From contig JBEUKZ010000119.1 in NCBI GenBank assembly GCA_048128005.1, positions 1 to 64,000 on the forward strand: a stretch of 64,000 nt of DNA, in the 5' to 3' direction. A program made the translations under genes and the position numbers. How positions within the stretch are numbered: position 1 is the stretch's first letter; each line of letters opens with the position of its first letter. The stretch comes from Veleropilina oligotropha (Eukaryota). The notes beneath the pieces are model-generated. The model was not told where the DNA came from, searched no databases, and saw only the letters and a program-made list of their open reading frames with translations. Below are positions 1 to 13,010 of the stretch, one piece after another.

Positions 1-619
1 TTTGATGTGTGGGTTGACGATAATTTTCCAAATATAATTATGAAGGGAGTCGAATTATACTATGAATGGTCCACGTGGTGGTGGGGCCCCACGCAGAAAA
101 ATATTTTGGCAATTAACCTTGTGAAATCCCCTCTATTGTATTCTGTGAGCGCTAATGTTAAATTTCGTTGAGGCATTTTCACCACTCTAATAGTTTTCAA
201 TTTGAAATATTAGGCCTACACTATGAAATGTGTATAGAATTTTTTTGTCACAAAAAGGGACATTATCCCAACTAATGCAAATCGGAATAGAAAATATTAT
301 AATTTTTTGAACATAAAATCATAAATTTGGTTAGGAGGTACGTTGTAAATTGCATTGTGTATAACTTGTGTATTAAAGATATCTTTGAAGTGTATATGTT
401 TCGCGCGTGTATCTCATTTGCGCTGCGCCTTTTCTCAATTTTGCTTTTATATTGTATTGTTAGGCATATTTTCTGTTAGGCATTTTATCTACTGTGCTTT
501 CTGTTGTACACGTATTACCAATTATTTCCGTATATTTACAAAGGAGTCTATAGTAGTATTTTAATAAAAACATTTTAAACCAAAATAATTGCGCTTATTT
601 ACAGTCGCCTTATTTTTAG

Positions 620-1000
620 CGTGTTGTTGCTCCGCTACTGTTTTGTGGCTCTGGATGTTCCCTGTTTACTTTCAAAATCTGTCCATTTAGTGTGTCCATT
701 TGGAAAGACTCTTCCATTCCGCTATCAGCTCCTCGTGTTTATCCGTTTTCGGTTTTCTCCACAATGTCTTCCCTTTGTGTTTGAGCAACGTCTGGATCTA
801 TGAAGATATTTCTTAGAATGGAGTCTTCTCTGTCACTCATGTTTACTGCTGGTTTAGGTACTTCCTTTTAATAAGATCCCGATTATATTTTTGCCTCGAG
901 TGGTCGAGTTTGCTCATTTTGGTCAGTTGATATTTGACCCAGACATACGATATTGCTTATCTCCACTCCATCCACATCTAGGTGCTCTAAAAATGTCTGA
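620..1000 (-). mobile_element. Degenerate CR1-type LINE ORF1 fragment
   Basis: Minus-strand peptides EISNIVCLGQ..QTRPL and SILRNIFIDPDVAQTQRED resemble LINE ORF1p C-terminal motifs (RLG..RPL, IFIxPDLTxxQRE); broken by stops and frameshifts. Confidence 0.35.
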
Positions 1001-2116
1001 TACCGTCTCAACCTGTATTTTACATATTGTACCGTTATCGCCTTATCCCCATAACATATTAATTTCCATCGGCAAATATTTCCAAACCTCGCCATGTGTT
1101 ACCATACAGTAAATGTTCTGCGTCTTTTAAAGTGATCTTTGAATTGAAGATCTCTGGTCGAGGTAGCAAATGGATATACCTGTTATCCCTTACATCATCA
1201 ATTTCTTAAACTGTCCTGATATAGTCGGCTGCAGGTTGAGCCGCTAAGGAAATCGTTTCTACCACATGGAATATAATATATTCGGGTGGCTCGGTCGTCT
1301 AATGGTGAACTTCGGTTCTCTTCGGTATCATGGACGTAACGACATAATCCATAATAGCAACGTGGTGGAAACTGGAGTCACTTCCTCGACTAAATGCCCC
1401 AGGGAAACACCGAAGTCCTCTCATACATTTTTGGCGTGTTAATTTATGAGAAAGACTTGAATCCTGCTTAGCTTCCTGATTATACAGTTTAATAAATCCA
1501 AGGCATAATCATATGGATATATAGGCAAATACACAACAAAGCAGAAGCGAAGCAGAACAATCAGCAAATCTATACTACATGATTAAATATGACAAGGAGA
1601 CTCTATAAATGCATGTCTCCAAGTCCCGAGGGTCTCTCCCCCACCCCCTTAACATTCAATATCCCACAGCGAGGCTATGATGCTAATTTCTCTTTTATCC
1701 AATCGTATTCTAAATTCCATCACGCCACATAACCGTGAAACATCGTATTATTAAATGATTGGCTGGCTCCTTTTGCGATGTGAACTAGTTAAACACCAAT
1801 TAACAATCTCGGTCATATATTGCTCGATCCTAAATCCCTAGATATTTACTAGGTCAAAACAACATCAATTAAAACTTTGCGATTGTTCATCAATTAATAG
1901 TATTGGCAGTTGTATCTTATAGACAATGGCGTTGACCTCATATATTGCAGGACCCATGAGCCCCTGATATTTTCTAGGACAGAACAGTGTCAACTTATAA
2001 ACCTGCGATTGTCGATCAGTTAATAGTGTTAAAAGATTTAGGTTCTCTGCAAGGTCTCATATATTAAGTTACACGTAATGGAGCAAAGGCTATCTGACAT
2101 TTACAAACATTAAGTG

Positions 2117-2379
2117 GAGGGAGGAATGATGCTTAATGTCCTGTATATTTACAACATCGAGGTTCAAGGCAGGACATGTCCGTGTTATCGCGGGACGAAA
2201 CCCAGGTCACCCGGGTAAACCCGCCGTCTTCGGCCAGTCACGGACATATGTGTTTCATAACTTGAACAAATGTTTATGCCTCAACCAGGTATTGAACCCA
2301 CTACTGTTCGCATTAGCGGAATCAAGCCAGTGAATTTAGAATGGGCACTCTTACCCACTGCGCTGCCGAAGCGGCCTAA
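2117..2379 (-). mobile_element. tRNA-derived SINE, young copy (family A)
   Basis: Near-identical to 23744-24004 and 63218-63484; A/B-box-like head; 14-bp TSD ACAAACATTAAGTG at 2103-2116 and 2380-2393. Diverged relatives lie near 7520, 13650, 25250, 26550, 39510, 42830 and 54720. Confidence 0.85.
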
Positions 2380-3107
2380 ACAAACATTAAGTGACCACAT
2401 AATATTAATTGTGAAAAAAACATTTAAATGTATCCATACGTTAGATCCACTTAGTTAAAATAATTCCCTAATTAATTAGTCACCCAATAGGTTAACAGTT
2501 ACCTCCCATACTTAGCGTAATAATATAAAGCATGCACAAAATACACAATAATGGATATATGTGTGTGTGTGTGATATAACACAAAATATAAGTGTTCAAT
2601 TATTATTAATCATTAAAGTCATTTCAGTCTGTGTAAGTCCGATACAATGTAAAATTCCACATAGGTCGATAATTCGAATCCGATCGCGCACAAAGTCCTA
2701 TGTCCAGAGATAATCTAGGAGGTCAAAGTTCGAATTGAGTACGATGAGCAGATATGTCCAAAGTTCATAGAGTTCCATTCGCAATGTTCATATAAACGAA
2801 TCCTCGTTGTTCTCGCAGCCGCATCATAATCACCGTATCCTCCCCTCCATCTCTGAAATCAGATCAAAGGCAGTATCAAACATTCGTGATAAATACTATG
2901 ATTTGTCGATTTAAATGATGCTTCCAATCAACATCAGTACACATTTTTACATTTAATTAATAAAATGCCTCTTCAAGACATTGAAATCTTAAACTAGACA
3001 AAGAGATGTATTACAGTAACATCAATACTCATATTTATATCAATTACAACACAATAATATTTGTGCTCTGCTGACACCTTCTCAATTTATCTTTAAAATT
3101 TTAACTT

Positions 3108-3563
3108 CCGGATTACGCCTGGGTCACACTGGATCATTCATTCACTTTCAGATTACCCACAGGATTACGCCTGGGTCACTGGATCATTCATTCACTTCCA
3201 GATTACCCTCCGGATTACGCCTGGGTCACACTGGATCATTCATTCACTTCCAGATTACCCTCCGGATTACGCCTGGGTCACACTGGATCATTCATTCACT
3301 TCCAGATTACCCTCCGGATTAAGCCGGGGTCACTGGATCATTCATTCACTTCCAGATTATCCTCCGGATTACGCCTGGGTCACTGGATCATTCATTCACT
3401 TCCAGATTACCCTCCGGATTACGCCTGGGTCACTGGATCATTCATTCACTTCCAGATTACCCTCCGGATTACGCCTGGGTCACTGGATCATTCATTCACT
3501 TCCAGATTGCCCACTGGATTACGCCTGGGTCACACTGGATCATTCATTCACTTCCAGATTACC
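3108..3563. repeat. Minisatellite, about 9 copies of a 50/52-bp unit
   Basis: Unit CCGGATTACGCCTGGGTCA(CA)CTGGATCATTCATTCACTTCCAGATTACCCT repeated head to tail without spacers. Confidence 0.95.
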
Positions 3564-5394
3564 CATTCTCTCGGCGATTCTCTTATCTCATTTACTTCAT
3601 ATGGTGGCCAATTATCTCAATTGGAAGACATAATTCTTGTCTGTCGGAGTCTCGACCACCAATTTATTAGGATTTCTTGATTTGTTATCATCTAATTCAG
3701 AACTTTACGTATCATCTAATTCAGAACTTTACGTATTATCTGAGATGTGTATCATATCATCTGCTCTACATGCAATGTTATCACCTGATCTTAATCTATA
3801 AATGGCCGACGAGCAACACTTCTTAATTACAACGTAATATAAACCTATACACGATAAACACAAGTATTGAAACAATAACAAGGAATCCAGGCCCGATTGG
3901 CAGATAATCCATGAGTCAATCATGCCGTAGAACCAATTATCTTTGTTTTTCAATTAAGTTATCATATTTTCAAGAGACATTTCTCCAAAACTTATTAAGT
4001 TTTTCGGAATCTCATTTGATTTCAAATACGTAATATGTTACTTCTCGATTGGCATTCTCGGGGTGCAATCAACCCTCCTAGTTCGTCCTTAACCGGCTCG
4101 AACTTAATTATGGGTGCAAGGTTTAACTACCTAAAGGCTTTTCTGCCCCTGGCATCCGTCAACACCGGATATGTGCGTCTTTGACCACATATGCGTGCGC
4201 ACTCTAGACAACTGGAAACTGTATTATTCGTACAATATATAATAGCGAGCACGAAGTGTGAGCTCTATAGGTAACGTGTGTGTAGAAAATAATCAATGAT
4301 CAACCAAATCTAGTGTACCCCTACCGTTCTGATTATTTGGACGGAAACGGGTTGCATGCTGGGATCGTTTAACGTTGATATGGGGCTTTGGGTTATGGGT
4401 ACACATTTTATTTATTTGTCAAGCGTGTCAAACGCGAAGCGCTTCCACATTAAACATGCATATGACAGGCGCGCAGCGCCTGTCATAAATATTGAATTCC
4501 GCTGAAGTTTTAAAGCCAAGTCTCGGATATCCGTTAGCGGTGACGTCTTTGCCTTGAATTCGCCAGTGTCGTCTTGGCAACGAGAAAATGATTCGGTAAA
4601 TTCCCGGAGTTTACCGATCGATTCAAACTAAGAGAGTGTTGTGTACCTTATATGAATAAGTAACGGGCCCTAAGTAACGAACGTAATATACTAAACAAAT
4701 ACTTTAAATGGACGAGCCACAGCCATGTGCGCTTCGAGCCGTACGTCGTTTCCCTCGCTTCGATAACATAGGCATAGTGTCTGTGTATCGACTAGGCGGT
4801 GCGCAATACAAGTAATTTCACCGGTGCACATAAATAAAATATCCGTTACAAAGAATATCGTTGCAACCCACTACATCGCTCCTCAAGTTACAATATAAGG
4901 TTTACCATAACATAAAACTAAGACCATGGAGCGGTCAAAGTTCGGGATACATCGAGCCAATAGTGGCAATACAATTATGTCAATAAACTAGTTGAAAGAA
5001 TTAATAATTTATTATTACATTTTTAATAACAAAATTAAATATTAGTTTAAACTTTGTACCCGGTAATTAGTTTTAATAATTATATGTATCATATATATGC
5101 CATATCTGAGTGCTCGTTTCTAGGTAGCACCTACGACATATTAGTGCATACAAACACCTACGAAATTTTAATTTCTAGTTACAATGTATAAAAAGTGTTA
5201 TTTGATCGTGTCAAAATATCATATATTTATGTGTACTTTGGTTATCGGGGCCGCCATCTGCAAACAACAAAAACAGCGACGTCACGGGTCCATGCACAGC
5301 ACAAGTACACTGTGTGAGAACCAAGGCTGATGGCTGCCGCATCGGCGAGTAAATTTATTTTGCTTATTTTAGTATTATTTTAACTTACTATACA

Positions 5395-5725
5395 ATGGTT
5401 CACTGTATTGCGTTTCGGTGTAAAAACAAAGACGAAGCATCGAAGAAAGGGATAAGCTTTTTCCGTCTTCCAAAAGATAGAATTCGACAACGAAATTGGT
5501 TGAAGACGCTTCGCCTGGAAATCGCCAGACACAGACAATGTTCGTGTATGTAGTGAGCATTTTACGGGCAACTGCTTCGTTCGTGATTTTCAAGCAGAAC
5601 TCGGCTTCAAAAGAAAAGTACGTCGCCTGACGACAGAAGCCACACGCTCGGTATTTGTGTTTTCCAAAGTACCAAAAAGTCCAGACGCATCTATCAAGCG
5701 AGTTAAACGGATTGAAAAACAACAT
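5395..5725 (+). pseudogene. Frameshifted THAP zinc-finger domain, N-terminus of a DNA-transposon protein (Kolobok/P/ISL2EU-like)
   Basis: ATG at 5395 gives MVHCIAFRCKN..ISFFRLPKDRIRQRNWLKTLR; after a frameshift it reads PDTDNVRVCSEHFTGNCF..RRLTTEATRSVF, the THAP C2CH pattern. Absent from the ORF track. Confidence 0.75.
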
Positions 5726-6099
5726 GTTTGTTATCTCCCTTGAATGCACTGTAATAGCGTTGTTCACAATTCTAGTAGAATGATATAAATAGACTGTCCG
5801 CAGGTAGAAAGCGGACAAACAATGGCCAAGTGCAATGGAATCTGCCTGTATTCAGGTTGGGCACTTTTGCCGATCGGGCTATAATAGCCAGATCGAGCTA
5901 TTATAGCCCGAACGGGCTATCCTAATCATGCCCATATCAATGGTATTGCCCGCGTGCATTCGGAAATAATGAAGGTGTGACGTCGATTGTGAACCACGCT
6001 ATTGGTTAAATGTGTAAAATAGAATTTGAATGATATTTCTAAATTTTATTATTATAAACAGTTACCTAGCACTTGGCTACTTCACATTTTTACAATTAT

Positions 6100-7075
6100 G
6101 GTAATTGATGAAAATCTTACCTGGAATGACCATTATCACTATATCAAAAATAAATTACTAAGGCCAATGTACAGTCTTAAGTGCTGTAAAAATAAACTAC
6201 CTACATGGACAAAAAGATCGCTTTACTTTAGCACAATACAATGTCATCTTACATACGGTCTGTCCGTTTGGGGGCCAATGGTAAAGAAATGCACTTAAAT
6301 AATTTGTTTAAATTACAAAGGAAATGTGTTAGACATATCACAAATGCAAATTATAGTGCTCACACAAATGGTTTATTCAAAACATTAAATATACTATTAC
6401 TTAAATTAGAGGACCTTATAGAACTGGATAAATTAGGTTTTAAATATTTTCATAAAATGTTACCTACGCCAATATATAATATATTTTTGCCAAACTCACA
6501 AAACCATAATTATAATACCAGGAACAAACAAGACCCCCAAATCCATCGCCACAATAGGTCACAATACAATAATAGTTTGCTTTGCAAAGTGCCAGCTTTG
6601 TGGGGTCGCCTGCCTATAACACTAACAAATTCTAGATCTATGACAACTTTCACAAACAATTTTATAAAAAATAAAATTCGTAATTATTAAATAGCCAGCA
6701 TATCTATCTGCCCCTTCTTAAGCTAATCCCAACTCTCAAAATCCACTACCTCATCAGGATAATTATGCAACTTCATTTGTCAATAGCACTTGATTATAGT
6801 TTAGTTTATTTGATTTCATAACCTATTCTAATAAATCACTATTATCATATAACCTAATAAACTATGTTAAATACTAAATGTTAAATATCACCCTTGTACA
6901 ACAAATCGTAAAAATTTGTCAATGAAATTTATTTTTTAGACACGTTATTTTTTTATATTTGTATTACTAATATTATATCAACTTGTTAAAGGAGCGACAA
7001 TACCTTAATAGGAACAGTCTTCACAAGACTCAATTGTCGTCCTTCCTCATACTACCTTAAATTTGTATTTATATG
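6100..7075 (+). mobile_element. 5'-truncated L2-group (Crack/Daphne-like) LINE, RT C-terminus and 3' UTR
   Basis: IDENLTWNDH, LYFSTIQCHLTYGLSVWG, LQRKCVRHI, HNYNTR motifs; homologous to the 20-22.8 kb element including the 3' GGAACAG..CTCAAYTGTCGTCC motif. Confidence 0.85.
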
Positions 7076-7106
7076 CATTCTTGTTATATATATATCTATC
7101 TATCTA

Positions 7107-7243
7107 CACACAGGAGCCTGGATCGCTGTTTATCGTTCGTCCGTTTACGTTTGACGATTAGCGCAGGACCCTGTAACTACAGAACTGCGCTAATCGTCAA
7201 ACGTAAACAGACGAACGATAAGCAGCGATCCAGACCATTGTGT
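7107..7243. repeat. Fold-back palindrome (MITE-like)
   Basis: CTGGATCGCTGTTTATCGTTCGTCCGTTTACGTTTGACGATTAGCGCAG is followed by its near-perfect reverse complement ending at 7233. Confidence 0.9.
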
Positions 7244-8525
7244 TTTACACATGGCATTAAAATCACCTCTACATAAATTCTTGCATATGATGAATGTAAG
7301 ACAAGTCGGTGTAATGCAGAGACAAGTCTGACCAATATCAAGACAAGTCCGACCAATTTTAAAAGACAAGTCGCACCAAATTTAAAATATATCTCACACC
7401 AAATTAAAAAGATATCTCGGACTAAATTGGAAAAACATATACCGGTATGATCAAGTTCAAATATTAATTTGGACAAAAATTAGGGGTACGTAACAAAATA
7501 TTTAAACGGAAATTATCGATGCTTAATGTCCTGTATAATTGCAATCATCAGGTTCATAGCAGGACATATCCATATTTATTATCGCGGGAGGAAAGCCCTG
7601 TCGCCGGTGGAAATCGACCCCTGATATATTTTAGAGTCATCTCTAGCAATTGTATAAATAGATTAGATTAAATAGAATTTGTTTGGGTTTATAAAGCGCA
7701 TTACTGCCACTCATATAAAAACCCACCGAGTTGACTTGTCCTCTATAACCTGCCCTTCTTCTTAAAATGCTCATCTAGGCGATTTTTAAATTGGTTTACA
7801 TATAACTTACTAGTCGACTACATGTACATGATTTTACAGCATAATTATTATGCCTACATTTTACTTCTAAGTATTCACGGACGGGTGTATGGTTGCCTCG
7901 ACGGATGGCTCCATGTGCTAGTGCGGGGGATCATGAACGCTGACTGCGTGGGTTGCCCATTAGTGATTACCATCGGAGAGTTTCACTAATTTCTGAAAGG
8001 AGCATAATAGCCGCATTCCATCCATTCCTCGGTCAAGTGTACGCTCCATGCAGTCCCTGGTGTACTAAATTAAAGTACCCAGTAATCAAGTTAACATGAA
8101 CGAAGCGTTCATAATATGTCTTGACATTTGTATATTATGGCCTTCTGTTATCAACCTACGTATATATTATATGTTGTCAAGCGACGTCGCGGTATGCATG
8201 GTGCTTTAAATACCGAATGAACGTGAACAACGAGGCGGTAGCTGAGTTGTTTAACGTAATTAAGAATTCAATACACCGTGTTTACCAAGACGTTGCTCGA
8301 TAACTTATTTATCTTGCTTTGACAATGATAAAAATACTAAACAAACTCCTGACTTGGCTCAACACTTTTTATACCGTGATGTATTCAAAATGGCAGACGA
8401 TAAACTTCATTAATGACTACTCAAGGATTTCAAAATTGAGAACAGTTTGATTAACAAGTGACGTATGACGTCAGCGTGGTATAAGGCTTCCATATACCAC
8501 GTCTGGCAGGGGTTTATTATTAGTT

Positions 8526-8656
8526 ATACTGGCTCTTGACGGGGTATACGGGATTTTACCACCCTCCAAAATTTCGTATTTCCTGAGGCGCAGCCGAAGG
8601 AAATACGAAATTTTGGAGGGTGGTAAAATCCCGTATACCCCGTCAAGATCCAGTAT
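8526..8656. repeat. Long hairpin, ~59-bp arms, loop GAGGCGCAGCCGA
   Basis: Arms 8526-8584 and 8598-8656 are reverse complements with one mismatch. Confidence 0.95.
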
Positions 8657-9129
8657 GACGAATTTATTACTTTATTATTTGAAAATTGCATATAGACAGA
8701 TCATTACGGTAATATGTTATGTGGAATAAAACAGTATAATGATTGTTAGAGTTGATTTATCATGGGTTTTTTGTCTGTCTGCATATATTGTAATGTGAAA
8801 GAAAGACCTGGAATTCATTATATTTTAATGAAACCCTGGCATAATCCACCCAAATAACTAGGTCAGAAAACTATATATAGGACTTAATTTGGGCACTCGA
8901 AATATAAAACAGCTTTTATAGAGACATGTTGAAAGACACTGTTTATACAATTGGGGCAGATCAGTGCAAATTGTATGTGTATATATAGAGAGAGTTATAT
9001 AATTTAAATATGTTACATTATAGGTCATAGGTCAATTCAGTTTTTGAAAATAGAAATACCAGGACGGCAAACCAGTGTTATTTGTGCTGGTACTGGTACT
9101 GGTAATCAACGTGTAGGAAACATATTTAC

Positions 9130-9414
9130 CTTTTCACTGTGTCAAATATGTCTTCTTTCGTGATGACAGAACATGACATCTTCCGACAATACAGTACATT
9201 TCTTGAGCCAATTTTCTGAATTTTAAAGTGTTTCATACACCAGAACTTAAAATGGTTACCATGTGTACATTTCACTCCTTTTATCGAGTTGTATAGAGGC
9301 AATAGCATCCTCGTATTTTACCTGTGTCATGCAAAATATATCGCGATTTCGTGTATCTAGTTCCTCGATATGCTCATCCAATAACCTGTTGAAGTCTGAT
9401 TTGTGATCATCCAT
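9130..9414 (-). pseudogene. Frameshifted first exon of a KRBA2/Ginger-like integrase
   Basis: MDDHKSDFNRLLDEHIEEL..FKFWCMKHFKIQKIGSRNVLYC..VITKEDIFDTVKR followed by a GTAAAT donor; resembles the segment upstream of the integrase zinc-binding motif. Recognised from memory only. Confidence 0.45.
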
Positions 9415-9710
9415 GTTGATAGTGATATCCTTGCATCCAATATATCAAGTAATTTATCTAATACCAAGTGCACCTTTTATAATGAAAATAGCCAGATTAT
9501 TTGATCAGCAAATCAGTCATCCATCATAGGATTAAATACACATCCATGTTAATAATCCCTATAATCCTTTGTAGTTTGATTCATACAATGCATCTGTTGA
9601 ATTGTTGTTTCCTTAAAATATTCACACAAGATTAACACTTTCCAATGACCAGTTCTATAATTGCAGTACAACAATGCCTTTGAAATATTTCAAAGCCTAA
9701 CACAGAGTAG

Positions 9711-10880
9711 TCATTTATTCTTGTAAATCTTGTAAATCTTGTATTGATGCCCCCGGGTATGCCTTTGGTTCATCTGAAAAAAGAAACTATTGTCAACGTT
9801 GTCTTTTCCTGTAAACATTTTAAACACCTGAATCATATCACCTCTTATCCTTCTCAAAGATAATGTTGTGAGGTTCAGAGCTCTTAGTCTCTCCTCATAT
9901 GGTAATTCTCTCAATTATCCTATCAATTTTGTGGCTCTTCTTTGAACTTGTTCTAGTATATTGATATCCTTTGCAAGACATGGACACCATGCTTGCACTG
10001 CATATTATAAATGCGGTCTAACCATTTGCTTGTATAGGCGAGTTATGATGGCTTTAGATTTAAAATTAAAATTTCTCTTTATCATTCCCAATATTTGATT
10101 TCCTTTTTTGGCTGACTCTGCACATTGATTTGATGGTTTGAATGTCTTGTCTACCCATACACCCAAATCTTTTGGCCACTTCTTGTAAAGCTTCTGAACC
10201 CATTTTATACTTATAGGTATTGTTATTATAACCCACATGCATTACTTTACATTTGTTGGTGTTGAACAGCATTTGCCAGTCCTCAGACCATTTTACCACA
10301 TTATTTAAATCACCTAGAAGTTTCTTTGCATCTTCTTCTGTTTCGATAATTCGGTACAGCTTGGTATTGTCTGCAAACTTTTTTACTAGTGATGTAATGA
10401 CGTCATCAATGTCATTTAAATATATGAGAAACAACAATGGTCTCAAAACAAAACCTTGTCGGACTCCACTTAGTACTGGTTTCCATTCTGACTTTATTCC
10501 ATTTATTACAACCCTCTGTTTTCTATTTTCTAGCCACTTACATATCCAATTTGATATTTGGCCTTTAGTGCCATGGTTACTTATTTTTTGTAATAGGTGT
10601 GTATGTGGTACTTTATCGAATGCTTTCTGAAAATCAAGATATATGATATCAACTGGTTTGCCAGTGTCAATTGCACTTGTTACATCTTCAAAACATTCCA
10701 GTAAGTTTGTTAAACAAGATCTTTTTTCCATAAACCTATGCTGACTTAGGTTTAGAAGGCCAAATTTATTTATGAGTTTTAAGATAGCATCCTTTAAGAT
10801 AGATTCAATTATTTGGCCTACGATTGATGTCAAACTAATACGTCGATAATTTTGGGTATTTGATCGACTACCCTTTTTAA
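9711..10880 (-). mobile_element. CR1-clade LINE reverse transcriptase fragment
   Basis: YLDFQKAFDKVPH, SGVxQG, FADNTK, PYEERL, RGDMIQVFK, TRGH motifs; frameshifted. Confidence 0.92.
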
Positions 10881-10889
10881 AGATTTACA

Positions 10890-11295
10890 TACACATCAGA
10901 AGTATCTACAAGGCTAACTAGAGACGTGCACTCAAATAAAATATACCGCCCCAAACCTTCCACGCAGTCACTGAAAAGAACATTTCGGTACAAGGGGGCC
11001 AAAATTAGGAATGAATTTCCTCAGCCAGTACAATCAGCAAAAAGCGTTCGTTGCTTTAAAGAAAAGGTAAAGCAGCTCGTACGAAAATAAGTTCAGTCTT
11101 TAAGTGCATGCTGTTCATCGCAATTTATATTTTGTATGGTATTTTTTATCTGATTATTGTTATATACATGTATTTGTCCATAGATTAGTCTGTATTATAT
11201 GTTTTGTAGTAATTAGGAGGGACACAGGGAAGATTGGTGTTGCCACCAACTGTTCTCCATCATAAAATAAAGATTTTATTATTATTATTATTATT
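10890..11295 (+). mobile_element. LINE 3' end (L2/CR1 group) with (TTA)n tail
   Basis: Peptide KRTFRYKGAKIRNEFPQPVQSAKSVRCFKEKVK*, then a 3' UTR, AATAAA and TTA repeats at 11276-11295. Confidence 0.7.
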
Positions 11296-11459
11296 GCGTT
11301 GTTTTTCGATAGTGTTTCTTCCGAAAAACTTAAAGCAAGTTTTTTTAAATGAGAAAGTAATCAATGCCGCGCCTTTCATGTCAGGAGAGGGGGCGGGCCA
11401 TCGGCAGGTTAGGGGCTGGACAGTCTGTGGCGGAAGTTGTGCGAATATTTGGAAGCAGT

Positions 11460-12583
11460 CGGTAGACGATCCACAATCCGAGAACACGTACCACAGCAGA
11501 CCGCCCACGTCCAGGTGCCCGACGTGTTACGACTCCTAATGAAGACCAACAAATCCGGTTACGTCATCTTCGGAATCGTTTCGTGACGGCAATTTCAACC
11601 AGTAATGAACTCTTTCAACGTCGTGTGACACCCCATACCACCAGAAACCGTCTTAGAGCTGCTGGCCTTCGAGCGCGAAGACCGTATACAGGATCGATAT
11701 TGACTCCACTCCATCGACGTCAGCGGGATTCAAGGGCTCGAGAACACCTCAGATTCACCCAGAGACAGTGGAACAGAGTCATCTTTAGTGACGAGTCTCG
11801 TTTCACACTCAGATTTGCTGATGGACGTGATAGGGTGTGGCGTAGGAGAAGGGAGTGGTATGCCTCAACTTGTGTCATGGAGATTGACAGGTTTGCCGGT
11901 GGCAGTGTCATGGTTTGGGGACCATTCACAGCTAACTCCAGAACACCCTTGATTGTCATCCAAGGAAATCTGACGGCAGCACAGTACAGGGATCAGGTCA
12001 TCAATCCAGTTTTGTTGCCCTTCTACAGACAACATGGTCCTTGCCTCACATTTCAACATGACAATGCAACGCCGCACACTGCAAGACTGACACGTAACCT
12101 GCTTCAAGCTGCAAATGTTGACGTCATGGAATGGCCCACACTTTATCCAGATCTCAACCCAATTGAACACATCTGGGATGAGCTTGGCAGAAGGTTAAGA
12201 AGGCAGCGGGTACAGCCACAGACACTTCCGGAACTTGGCAGGGATCTGATCCACCAATGTCGCCGACTTTCGGTTAGAGTGTTCAGACGTGTTATGCAGT
12301 CCATGAGGAGACGATATGTAGCAGTAATAGACGCTTGTGGTGGTCATAATCGCTATTGACGTTCTTCAAATCTTTAATTCATGTTTGTGCTAACTTCAAT
12401 TTTGAGGGTGTGTCAATTCAAACAACTGTGTCTGAAAAATCACGGATTGAAAAACACTTTTTCTTCGTCAATGTGTTAGATGGCTTATTTTCTTAGAATA
12501 ATTTACAAATTTATGTACACTAGCAGATTTAGAACAAAAATACATAAATTTAAGAAGTGTCAAGTTTTCAATTTTGCTGAGTG
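11460..12583 (+). mobile_element. Tc1-family transposon (DD34E), 5'-truncated; right TIR ends at 12583 followed by TA
   Basis: FSDESRF, GGSVMVWG, FQHDNATPH and PDLNPIEHIW with 34 residues between D and E; terminal ..TTTTGCTGAGTG|TA is a typical Tc1 end. Confidence 0.9.
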
Positions 12584-13010
12584 TATGATCCTCGAATTGC
12601 ATTATGACTTGTATCAGTCTATCGCACCTCGAAGATTCATCAGTCCGTAATGTAATATACTGTAGAGATGGAGAAGCTGCAATAAGATCAACATATGGGT
12701 CTGTAGCATTGAAATTTAATAATCGTAATCGTGATAGCCTTGTGAAGCGAGATATATGTCTCAGCAGCAATCCACGAAGGCGGCAATCTTTGCGTTCAAA
12801 GGTCATTTCTTCATTTGACATGGACATTTCCAAGATGGCGTTTCGAATTCTTGGTAAGTCTGACTCCTTTTGTCCAATACACACCGATCTCCACAAATAC
12901 AAGTCACAACTAAGGAAGTGCCACCGAGTACATGTGAGGCGAACGTTCTCCACTATTTCTCTCAACGACAGATTGGAAAAGACCTTCACAATAAGGGAAT
13001 CAATATTCAT
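12468..13010 (-). CDS. F-box protein (FBXL-like), interrupted by Tc1; last ~39 aa read from the Tc1 end
   Basis: F-box-like LIVKVFSNLSLREIVENVRLTCTRWHFLSCDLYLWR; colinear similarity to 16357-17064 up to the Tc1 junction at 12584. Confidence 0.75.
   Translation of the reverse strand: MNIDSLIVKVFSNLSLREIVENVRLTCTRWHFLSCDLYLWRSVCIGQKESDLPRIRNAILEMSMSNEEMTFERKDCRLRGLLLRHISRFTRLSRLRLLNFNATDPYVDLIAASPSLQYITLRTDESSRCDRLIQVIMQFEDHTLSKIENLTLLKFMYFCSKSASVHKFVNYSKKISHLTH

Noticed and set aside
3108..3563. 50/52-bp repeats as CRISPR or a coding repeat
   Set aside because: No unique spacers, unit lengths are not multiples of three, and no ORF spans them.
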